A stretch of DNA of 32,000 nucleotides, taken from the NCBI GenBank assembly GCA_003554525.1, contig PWGO01000036.1, forward strand, positions 8,246-40,245. Reading direction: 5' to 3'. This DNA comes from Syntrophomonadaceae bacterium (GTDB taxonomy: Bacteria > Bacillota > Dethiobacteria > DTU022 > PWGO01). The position numbers and the translations under genes are program-made. The notes beneath the pieces were generated by a model, which worked only from the letters and a program-made list of their open reading frames with translations, was not told the DNA's origin and ran no database searches. Positions 25,273 to 32,000 of the stretch are shown one piece after another. Numbering within the stretch: the stretch's first letter is position 1; the number at the start of each line of letters is the position of its first letter.

Positions 25273-27798
25273 TTAGTTATTACTTCTTTTTTCTTCTGTT
25301 TCGGTTTCTTCTTCGGGTTGCTCTTTCTGCTCCTGCTCCTGCTCCTGCTCTTGCTGTTTGGCTTCTTCTTTCTTCTTAAAAATGAACTCGTCTTCTTGCG
25401 CATCCACAAGCACCGTATCACCTGCTGTTAATTTGCCTTGCAGCATCTCTTCGGAAATCCCATCTTCAAGGCGTTTCTGGATAACACGCCGCAGGGGTCG
25501 GGCGCCCATCTGGGGATCGTATCCCTCACTGACCAGACGTTCTTTGGCCTCCCCGGTTACCTCCAGCTTCATACCATAACCCTGCACTCTCTGGTTAAGC
25601 TCTTCCAGCATGATGTCCACAATTTCTTTAATATGCTCCTCGTTCAAGGCGTGGAATACTATTACTTCGTCCAGCCGGTTTAAAAACTCGGGGCGGAATG
25701 TCCTTTTCAACTCGTCCAGGACCCGCTCTTTCATCTGTTCATACCCGGCCTGTTCGTCACTGGGCCTGAATCCGACCGCAGGTTGTTTCCTGATATAGGT
25801 GGCTCCCACATTAGAAGTCATGATAATAACCGTGTTACGGAAATCTACGGTTCTTCCCTTGCCGTCCGTGAGCCTGCCGTCTTCCAGGATCTGTAACAAA
25901 GAGTTGAAAACGTCCGGGTGCGCTTTTTCAATTTCATCCAGAAGTATGACCGAGTAAGGCTTTCTCCTTACTTGCTCCGTCAGCTGGCCTCCCTCATCGT
26001 ATCCTACATAGCCGGGAGGTGCACCTATAAGCCGGGCTACCGTGTGTTTTTCCATATACTCGGACATGTCAAGGCGAATGGTGGCTTTTTCATCGCTAAA
26101 CAGGGCTTCAGCAAGTGCCCTGGCCAGCTCCGTTTTACCGACCCCGGTGGGACCCAGAAAAACAAATGAGCCAATGGGGCGCCTGGGATCTTTCAGCCCC
26201 GCCCTTGCCCGGCGAATAGCTTTAGCAGTGGCGTTTACCGCCTCTTCCTGCCCTACTACCCGCTGGTGCAGGATTTCTTCCAGCCGCAGCAGGCGCTGGG
26301 ATTCCTCTTCAGTAAGGCGCTTGACTGGAACCCCGGTCCAGCTGGATACTATCTGGGCCACGTCTTCTTCGCCTACTTCCGCTTCATGAGAATACACTTT
26401 TTTCTGTTCCCAGTCCTTGCGCAGCTCCTCCAGCTCTTCTTTCAGCTTTTGCTCCTGGTCCCTTAACTTGGCGGCGTTTTCAAATTCCTGGTTGCGAACG
26501 GCAGCTTCTTTTTCATTACGCAGGTTTTCCAGCTTTTCTTCTATCTCTTTAAGATCGGGGGGAGTAGTGTAATTTTTTATCCTTACCCGGGAGCCAGCTT
26601 CATCAATCAAGTCAATAGCCTTGTCGGGCAGGTACCGGTCAGTCACATAGCGGTCTGAAAGTTCTACCGCCGCTACCAGTGCTTCGTCAGTAATTTTTAC
26701 CTTGTGGTGGGCCTCGTAACGGTCTCTTAATCCTTTTAGTATCTCCTGGCTTTCTTCTTTTGATGGTTCTCCTACCATAATAGGTTGAAAACGGCGCTCC
26801 AGGGCCGGATCCCTTTCCACATGCTTGCGGTATTCATCCACCGTAGTGGCTCCAATACATTGCAGTTCTCCCCTGGCCAGGGCAGGCTTTAAAATGTTGG
26901 AGGCATCAATGGCTCCTTCTGCGGCCCCGGCGCCAATTATAGTGTGGAGTTCGTCAATAAACACTATAATATTTCCCGCCTGGCGAAGTTCTACCATGAG
27001 TTTCCGGAGGCGTTCTTCAAATTCTCCGCGGTACTTGGTGCCCGCCACCACAGCAGAAAGCTCAATAGTAACCACTCTTTTGTCCCGGAGAATCTCCGGA
27101 ACGTTGCCCTCCACTACCCGGTGAGCCAACCCTTCTGCTATGGCGGTCTTGCCAACACCAGGTTCTCCAATCAGGCAAGGGTTATTCTTGGTACGGCGGC
27201 TTAATACCTGGATAACCCTTTCAATTTCTTTTTCCCGGCCTATTACCGGGTCAAGTTTGCCTTCACGGGACAGGCGGGTAAGATCTCTGCCAAAAGCATC
27301 TACCGTAGGTGTCTGGGGACTGGATTTGGTAGTTCCGCGAGAAGCGTTACTGCTTTCTTCACCGCCCAGCAACTGTATTACTTCCTTTCTGGCCTTCTTT
27401 AAGTCTATCCCCAGGTTTGTTAATACCTGGGCCGCTATTCCTTCACCTTCCCGCAGCAAACCTAAAAGAAGGTGCTCCGTGCCCACATAATTGTGGCCCA
27501 GGTTCTGGCTTTCCTCAATAGCCAGCTCAATCACCCTTTTGGCCCTGGGTGTGTAACTAATACTCTGCGGGGGATTCTTGTCTCCTTTGGGTATAATGGT
27601 TTCAACTTCCTGACGGACCTTGTTAAGATCAGCCCCCATATTTTGCAAAGCCCTGGCTGCTATGCCCGAGCCTTCCCTGACCAGCCCCAGTAGCAAGTGC
27701 TCAGTTCCAATAAAATTATGGTTCAACCTGCGGGCTTCTTCCTGGGCCAAAACCAATACCTGCTGTGCTCTCTCAGTAAACCTCCCAAACATAAACAT
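25273..27798 (-). CDS. clpC: ATP-dependent Clp protease ATP-binding subunit ClpC
   Basis: 841 aa. It has a double Clp-N repeat, two AAA+ modules ([16 protein letters not shown]) and a UVR-like linker. It has an unusual acidic QEQEQEQEQ...EEETETEE C-terminal tail. Confidence 0.95.
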   Translation of the reverse strand: MFMFGRFTERAQQVLVLAQEEARRLNHNFIGTEHLLLGLVREGSGIAARALQNMGADLNKVRQEVETIIPKGDKNPPQSISYTPRAKRVIELAIEESQNLGHNYVGTEHLLLGLLREGEGIAAQVLTNLGIDLKKARKEVIQLLGGEESSNASRGTTKSSPQTPTVDAFGRDLTRLSREGKLDPVIGREKEIERVIQVLSRRTKNNPCLIGEPGVGKTAIAEGLAHRVVEGNVPEILRDKRVVTIELSAVVAGTKYRGEFEERLRKLMVELRQAGNIIVFIDELHTIIGAGAAEGAIDASNILKPALARGELQCIGATTVDEYRKHVERDPALERRFQPIMVGEPSKEESQEILKGLRDRYEAHHKVKITDEALVAAVELSDRYVTDRYLPDKAIDLIDEAGSRVRIKNYTTPPDLKEIEEKLENLRNEKEAAVRNQEFENAAKLRDQEQKLKEELEELRKDWEQKKVYSHEAEVGEEDVAQIVSSWTGVPVKRLTEEESQRLLRLEEILHQRVVGQEEAVNATAKAIRRARAGLKDPRRPIGSFVFLGPTGVGKTELARALAEALFSDEKATIRLDMSEYMEKHTVARLIGAPPGYVGYDEGGQLTEQVRRKPYSVILLDEIEKAHPDVFNSLLQILEDGRLTDGKGRTVDFRNTVIIMTSNVGATYIRKQPAVGFRPSDEQAGYEQMKERVLDELKRTFRPEFLNRLDEVIVFHALNEEHIKEIVDIMLEELNQRVQGYGMKLEVTGEAKERLVSEGYDPQMGARPLRRVIQKRLEDGISEEMLQGKLTAGDTVLVDAQEDEFIFKKKEEAKQQEQEQEQEQKEQPEEETETEEKRSNN

Positions 27799-27906
27799 CG
27801 TTTCACCACCTTATTAATAATAGATTTGTATTTACTCATTCCTTGCTATCAAATTTACGGCTTCCCCCTAAAACAAACCTGGCTTAAGCAACATTTACCT
27901 TAAACC

Positions 27907-28962
27907 CTAACTTGCCAGGCCCTTAAGACTCTCTCTAATCTGTCTGGCCCTTTCCTGGTCTCTTTCACGGGCATCCAGATCCTTTCCGGCCAGCATTTGC
28001 AAACACGCCGGCCTTATTAATACCAGCATCTGGTTTAACAGCCTGCGTTCTATCCTGGGTACCAGGCCAAGCTCAAAACCCAGCCTGATATCGGAAAGCA
28101 ACTGAATGGCTTCCTGTGAACTCAATAAATGAGCGTATTTCAAAACCCCCAGCGCTCTCCAACTCTGATCGGCTATAACTTCCCTGTTTTCATTCAGTAG
28201 TGACTGCCTTGCCGCGTTCTCCTGCTCGATTACCTGGCGAGTTACACTGAAAAGGTTCCTGATAATCTCTTTTTCGGACTGACCCAGGGTAATCTGGTTC
28301 GATATCTGCACCATGTTGCCTATAATATCCGTTCCTTCCCCATAAAGCCCCCTGACAGCAACTCCTACCTGGGAAAGGGCCCCCAGTATGCGGTTAAACT
28401 GCTTGGTCTTTATCAAGGCCGGCACATGCAGCATGACCGAGGCCCTGAGCCCTGTCCCAACGTTGGTGGGACAGGCAGTCAGATACCCGTACCTTTCGTG
28501 AAAAGCATAATCCAGTTTATTTTCGAAAAGATTATCAAAACTGTCCACTTCTTCCCACGCCTTCTCCAGCTGAAGACCCGGGAATATGCTCTGAATACGC
28601 AGGTGGTCTTCCTCATTAACCATTATACTAACCGCTTCATCTTTCCGCAAAAACACCCCACTGTTGTGCGATTCCTTGGCCAGAAGCGGACTTATCAGGT
28701 GTTTTTCCACCAGAACGTGTCTGTCTATATTTTCTGCTTCCTCCATTTTAAGAAAATGAAGATCGTCAAATTTATTTTCCTGTTCAGCAGCACCGCTGCA
28801 GATCATCTCTCTCACCTTGTTCGTCTGCGTGTTAGAAGCCAGGTAAGGAAAAGGAATATCCCTTATATTTCGGGCCAGCCTCACCCGGGAACTAACCGCA
28901 ACCTCGGCATAAGGTCCCGTGCCTTCCATCCAGTGGCTGACTATAAATGTTTTTTCCGGCAT
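27907..28962 (-). CDS. mcsB: Protein arginine kinase McsB
   Basis: 351 aa. Guanido-kinase catalytic domain motifs include NEEDHLRIQ and CPTNVGTGLRAS. Confidence 0.93.
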   Translation of the reverse strand: MPEKTFIVSHWMEGTGPYAEVAVSSRVRLARNIRDIPFPYLASNTQTNKVREMICSGAAEQENKFDDLHFLKMEEAENIDRHVLVEKHLISPLLAKESHNSGVFLRKDEAVSIMVNEEDHLRIQSIFPGLQLEKAWEEVDSFDNLFENKLDYAFHERYGYLTACPTNVGTGLRASVMLHVPALIKTKQFNRILGALSQVGVAVRGLYGEGTDIIGNMVQISNQITLGQSEKEIIRNLFSVTRQVIEQENAARQSLLNENREVIADQSWRALGVLKYAHLLSSQEAIQLLSDIRLGFELGLVPRIERRLLNQMLVLIRPACLQMLAGKDLDARERDQERARQIRESLKGLAS

Positions 28963-28967
28963 GGGGC

Positions 28968-29549
28968 TTACCCCTCCTTTTCATCAGGTTCATCTGTTTC
29001 ATCAACTTCATCAGGCTCATCAAGTTCATCAAGTTCTTTTTCCAATGACTTGATTTTATCTCTGGTGATAGCAGCTTTTTCGTATTCCTCCATCTGTATG
29101 TGCTGCTGCAGCTGCTGCCGCAGTTTTTCTATTTCCCTCTTGATCCTGGTGGTGCCGCCCAGCCGGCGGGGCACCTTGCCGTTATGGTTAATGCTCCCGT
29201 GAATGCGTCGGAACAAAGGCTGCAACTTGTCTTCTCCAAAAGAAGAGTAGCAGCTGCTGCACCCAAAACGACCTATCTGGCTAAACTGAGTAAAAGTAAG
29301 GGAGCAGTTGGAGCACTGAACCTTGGAGGGATGCTGTTCCCTCTGTGGTGCCGACCATATTTCACTTAAAGGTTCACTTAAAAAACTGGCAAAAAAGTTC
29401 TGCAGTGAAAATTTGGGCTCAAAAGTAAATTCCAGGTCTCCCTTTTCCCGGGCACATTTTTCACATAAATGTACTTCCGTTTTAACCCCGTTAACTATCT
29501 TGGTAAAAAAAACATTGGCTTTTTCTTCCCTGCATTCCTGGCACATCAA
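28968..29549 (-). CDS. mcsA: McsA, activator of protein arginine kinase (UvrB/UvrC-motif protein)
   Basis: 193 aa. It has paired CxxC zinc fingers (CQEC...CEKC, CSNC...CSSC) and a UVR motif (EEYEKAAITRDKIKSLE). ATG 29546 is the likely true start. It has an acidic D/E tail. Confidence 0.9.
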   Translation of the reverse strand: MMCQECREEKANVFFTKIVNGVKTEVHLCEKCAREKGDLEFTFEPKFSLQNFFASFLSEPLSEIWSAPQREQHPSKVQCSNCSLTFTQFSQIGRFGCSSCYSSFGEDKLQPLFRRIHGSINHNGKVPRRLGGTTRIKREIEKLRQQLQQHIQMEEYEKAAITRDKIKSLEKELDELDEPDEVDETDEPDEKEG

Positions 29550-29567
29550 TTTATTCAGCCTCCTTTC

Positions 29568-30071
29568 CTACATGCTGCCTTCCTGCAGTACCGCTTTAAG
29601 CATATTGCTTACCAGCCTTTTAATCAGCTCGTTTTTTTCCTTAGACCCGATTTTTAAGCCGTTGAAAATATCTTCCCTCATTACTGAGCCAATTATTTCT
29701 GCTTCCCTGCGGGATATCAGCCTTTCTTCATACAGGCGCATTAAAAAATCCCGCAATTTGACCATTTCGCAGCCATATTCTTTTTCTGCAGCGCTATAAA
29801 GCTGTTTTTGAAGCTCTTCCCAGATTTTCTGATATAAAGGATCTATACGCATAACTTTTATATATCCTCGCCCGCCCCTCCTGCTCTGCACCAGGTAGCC
29901 TCTTTCCGGGGTAAAGCGGGTAGAAAGAACGTAATTTATCTGGGAAGGAACACACTGGAATTTTTCGGCCAGCTCGCTGCGTTGAATTTCTACATACTGC
30001 CCGGGTGCAACTGCCAAAAGCTTTTTCAAATAGTCTTCAATGTAATCAGACAGGGTTATCAAGACAGCCAC
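29568..30071 (-). CDS. ctsR: Class III stress-gene transcriptional repressor CtsR
   Basis: 167 aa. The block SDYIEDYLKKLL...VEIQRSELAEKFQCVPSQINYVLSTRFTPERGYLVQSRRGGRGYIK is the conserved CtsR wHTH plus glycine-rich loop. TTG 30062 has better SD spacing than GTG 30071. Confidence 0.93.
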   Translation of the reverse strand: MAVLITLSDYIEDYLKKLLAVAPGQYVEIQRSELAEKFQCVPSQINYVLSTRFTPERGYLVQSRRGGRGYIKVMRIDPLYQKIWEELQKQLYSAAEKEYGCEMVKLRDFLMRLYEERLISRREAEIIGSVMREDIFNGLKIGSKEKNELIKRLVSNMLKAVLQEGSM

Positions 30072-30079
30072 CCCTTTAG

Positions 30080-30106
30080 CTTGACTGGTTTGACCTTTAC
30101 TGACCT
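30080..30106 (-). promoter_or_regulatory. CtsR operator (heptad direct repeats)
   Basis: The minus strand reads AGGTCAGTAAAGGTCAAACCAGTCAAG. This matches the consensus A/GGTCAAA-NAN-A/GGTCAAA, with a third degenerate heptad. It lies 9 nt downstream of the -10 box. Confidence 0.85.
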
Positions 30107-30115
30107 TCGTAATTT

Positions 30116-30146
30116 ATTATAACCACTTTACTCCAGGTATATGCAA
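30116..30146 (-). promoter_or_regulatory. Putative sigma-A promoter of the ctsR operon
   Basis: TATAAT (30121..30116). The best -35 is TTGCAT (30146..30141), but the spacer is a long 19 nt. Confidence 0.45.
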
Positions 30147-30190
30147 CCGGCGAATGCTTGACTGTGCATCACCACACCACCTTTAGATAT

Positions 30191-30226
30191 AAAAAAAGAG
30201 AGAAAAATGGACTTTCTCTTTTTTTT
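30191..30226. terminator. A/T-flanked hairpin, probable bidirectional terminator after the mgtC-like gene
   Basis: AAAAAAAGAGAGAAA-aatggac-TTTCTCTTTTTTTT. The stem is 7 bp and AT-rich, with an A-tract on one side and a T-tract on the other. Confidence 0.5.
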
Positions 30227-30296
30227 GCTCCCAATTGCTTCTAAAAGCTACATCATGTTAATTATTCAGCTCTGATAAGACTGAAATGCATCCATT

Positions 30297-30350
30297 GATT
30301 ACAGGGATTACAGGGATTACAGGGATTACAGGGATTACAGGGATTACAGG
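30297..30350. repeat. Six perfect tandem copies of a 9-mer (GATTACAGG / CCTGTAATC)
   Basis: Counted directly: units start at 30297, 30306, 30315, 30324, 30333 and 30342. The mgtC-like stop codon (TAA, 30346..30344) lies in the copy nearest the gene. Confidence 0.95.
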
Positions 30351-31087
30351 GGGTCATTCTGCCTGGAAAAATCAATTTCCTCCCCCTGCCAGGATATTTC
30401 CAGCACTCCCTTAACCCCAGAAAGGCCGTTAATAAGCTCCTGGTTGTTGAGATAACCGGGTATCCTTACCAGAAGGTCCATTATTACCAGGTCTGCATTA
30501 TAATTTTCATCGTATTCGGCAGAAGTAAGGTCGATCTTTTTAATATTTATATTCATTTCTCCCAACAGCATACCTATCTTGCCCAAAAGCCCCGGGCTGT
30601 CTATGGCTTTAACCCAGAGCCTGCGGTTTTTCTTGTTAATGAGGTTCACCCGTTCCAGGCGGTTAAGGGCAAAAAGGCTGATGAATACCAACACAGTGGC
30701 AAATACCGCCCCCACATACAGCCCTATCCCTACGGCCAACCCTATCCCGGACACCACCCATATACCAGCCGCCGTGGTTAATCCCTGGATAGTTCCCCTC
30801 TGCCTGATAATAGTACCCGCACCCAAAAAACCAATACCGGCCACCACCCCGTTGGCAATCCGGCCCGGGTCAATCTGGTATATTTCACCTGTAAAATCAT
30901 GGAAGCCAAAAGCGGATACAATCATTATCAACGCCGAGCCCACACAAACCAGAATATGAGTTCTAAAACCCGCCGGCCGGTTATGGGCCTCCCTTTCAAA
31001 ACCTATCATGCCACCCAGAACCACCGCCAGGGCCAGCCTTAAAATTATCTCCGGTATGCTTATTTCCACAGCAAACACCTCCTGCAC
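30344..31087 (-). CDS. mgtC: MgtC/SapB-family membrane protein with C-terminal ACT-like domain
   Basis: 247 aa. The block LRLALAVVLGGMIGFEREAHNRPAGFRTHILV is the MgtC family signature, with 4-5 TM helices and a soluble C-terminal domain. GTG 31069 (SD AGGAGGTG, 6-nt spacing) is a more likely start than GTG 31087. Confidence 0.82.
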   Translation of the reverse strand: MQEVFAVEISIPEIILRLALAVVLGGMIGFEREAHNRPAGFRTHILVCVGSALIMIVSAFGFHDFTGEIYQIDPGRIANGVVAGIGFLGAGTIIRQRGTIQGLTTAAGIWVVSGIGLAVGIGLYVGAVFATVLVFISLFALNRLERVNLINKKNRRLWVKAIDSPGLLGKIGMLLGEMNINIKKIDLTSAEYDENYNADLVIMDLLVRIPGYLNNQELINGLSGVKGVLEISWQGEEIDFSRQNDPL

Positions 31088-31121
31088 CTGGCCCGGTTTT
31101 ATACATAAATATATTTTTAAA

Positions 31122-31154
31122 ATTATAACATATCACCGTATTAATAGATATGTT
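31122..31154 (-). promoter_or_regulatory. Extended -10 promoter overlapped by an 8-bp inverted repeat (putative operator) upstream of the mgtC-like gene
   Basis: The minus strand has TGTTATAAT (31130..31122). The inverted repeat is AACATATC (31154..31147) - 12 nt - GATATGTT (31134..31127). Confidence 0.45.
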
Positions 31155-31158
31155 TTTT

Positions 31159-31212
31159 ATCCACCCAATACATTCAATCCACCCAATACATTCAATCCAC
31201 CCAATACATTCA
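31159..31212. repeat. Three perfect tandem copies of an 18-mer (plus ATCCACCCAATACATTCA)
   Basis: Counted directly: units at 31159-31176, 31177-31194 and 31195-31212. The ligD-pol stop codon TGA (31212..31210) is the first triplet of the array on the minus strand. Confidence 0.95.
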
Positions 31213-32000
31213 CAAGACCATAAGCTCCATTAGCCGGGAAGGTATTTTTTGTTTTTTCCTTAAAACCTCCTCAAACATATCCCCCCTGCTTTTTAACCTG
31301 GATAGCATATTTTTTATCTTAAAATCTGAAGGAGCCAGATTCGGCTTTTTAAGTTCTTCCCAGCTAACCGGGGCGGAAACCGGTGCCCCATCCAGCGGGC
31401 GGGGACTATAAACCGATGCAATTGTTTTTCCCTGCACATTTTGCAGGTAGTCCAGGTATACTTTGCCCTGTCGTCGTTCTACCTTTCGTTCTATGGTAGT
31501 TATATGGGGGATAACTTTATTTACTTTTCGACATACTTTTTCCGTAAAATTTCTTACTTCACGGTAAGTATAAACGGGTTCCAGGGGAACGTATAGCTGC
31601 AGGCCGGTAGCTCCCGATGTCTTGGGGTAACAATCCAGGCCTATCTCATTTAAAACCCCACGCACCACCACGGCCGTTTCTTTTACCCAATTAAAAGTGG
31701 AGACATCCGTGGGATCCAGGTCAAAAACAGCATAATCCGGGCAGTCAAGCCTCTCTGTAGATGAAAGCCAGGGGTGCAGTTCCACCGCCGACTGGTTGCC
31801 CAGCCAGATAAGGGTTTCTATATTATTGGCTATTATGTAGCTGGTAATTTTATTCTCCCGGTGTGCAAATGTAAAAGTGCTTATCCACTCCGGCGCCCCT
31901 TCGGGGCAGTTTTTCTGGTAAAAACCTTCCCGGGAAATTCCTTCCGGGAACCTCTGCACCACCAGTAGCCGGTTTTTTAAATGTGGCAGCAGGAAAGGGG
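31210..32000 (-). CDS. ligD: LigD polymerase/primase domain protein (NHEJ), 5' end outside the window
   Basis: The frame is open to the window end (…LLPHLKNRLLVVQRFPEGI precedes the track's first Met). Motifs include ELHPW, AVFDLDP, PKTSGATGLQLYVPL and VYLDYLQN, characteristic of the LigD PolDom. Confidence 0.85.
   Translation of the reverse strand, partial: PFLLPHLKNRLLVVQRFPEGISREGFYQKNCPEGAPEWISTFTFAHRENKITSYIIANNIETLIWLGNQSAVELHPWLSSTERLDCPDYAVFDLDPTDVSTFNWVKETAVVVRGVLNEIGLDCYPKTSGATGLQLYVPLEPVYTYREVRNFTEKVCRKVNKVIPHITTIERKVERRQGKVYLDYLQNVQGKTIASVYSPRPLDGAPVSAPVSWEELKKPNLAPSDFKIKNMLSRLKSRGDMFEEVLRKKQKIPSRLMELMVL

Noticed and set aside
30297-31212. Tandem repeats flanking the mgtC-like gene as a CRISPR array or IS/MITE termini
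   Set aside because: The units are contiguous with no spacers, so they are not CRISPR. The two arrays are unrelated in sequence and not inverted relative to each other. No transposase is enclosed, so they are not a composite mobile element.

Overview
The window is a chromosomal segment of an anaerobic Firmicute (Clostridia-like) that uses the Wood-Ljungdahl pathway. The species cannot be named from sequence alone. I accept 30 protein genes, and 29 of them are on the minus strand. Reading high to low coordinates: a partial LigD polymerase-domain gene and an MgtC-family gene. Next comes the class III heat-shock operon ctsR-mcsA-mcsB-clpC, with a textbook CtsR operator and a strong terminator. 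Then the acetyl-CoA synthase cluster cooC-acsA-acsB-acsC-acsD-acsE followed by metV-metF and a terminator. Then a decayed thiolase gene followed by crt and hbd. Then yhaM, and a tightly packed nine-gene string: TPR/HTH protein, yjbQ, sirtuin, DUF3786-like, a 67-aa ORF, pyrB, pyrC, pyrK, pyrD. Then nfo and radA, one plus-strand MazG-like gene, and the 5' part of carD. I found no rRNA, tRNA, CRISPR, transposase, integrase, toxin-antitoxin or recognisable defence genes, so this is mostly core metabolism and stress response. I cannot honestly nominate a clear new multi-gene system. The best leads are small. (1) A canonical plus-strand intrinsic terminator plus promoter in the hbd-yhaM spacer suggests an unannotated antisense or trans-acting sRNA of about 140 nt. 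(2) Perfect tandem arrays flank the mgtC-like gene, start exactly at stop codons and repeat them in frame. (3) A thiolase relic and a possible deletion scar sit in a crt/hbd cluster. (4) There are several unexplained RNA-level elements: a 14-bp perfect GC hairpin between acsE and metV, repeats in the acs leader, a heptad SD-like repeat after pyrD, and a palindrome-dense GC island between divergent promoters. (5) An uncharacterised yjbQ-sirtuin-DUF3786-sORF string is translationally packed onto a pyr operon that lacks any PyrR-type leader. All functional calls rest on motif recognition by eye from the supplied translations. No database search was run.
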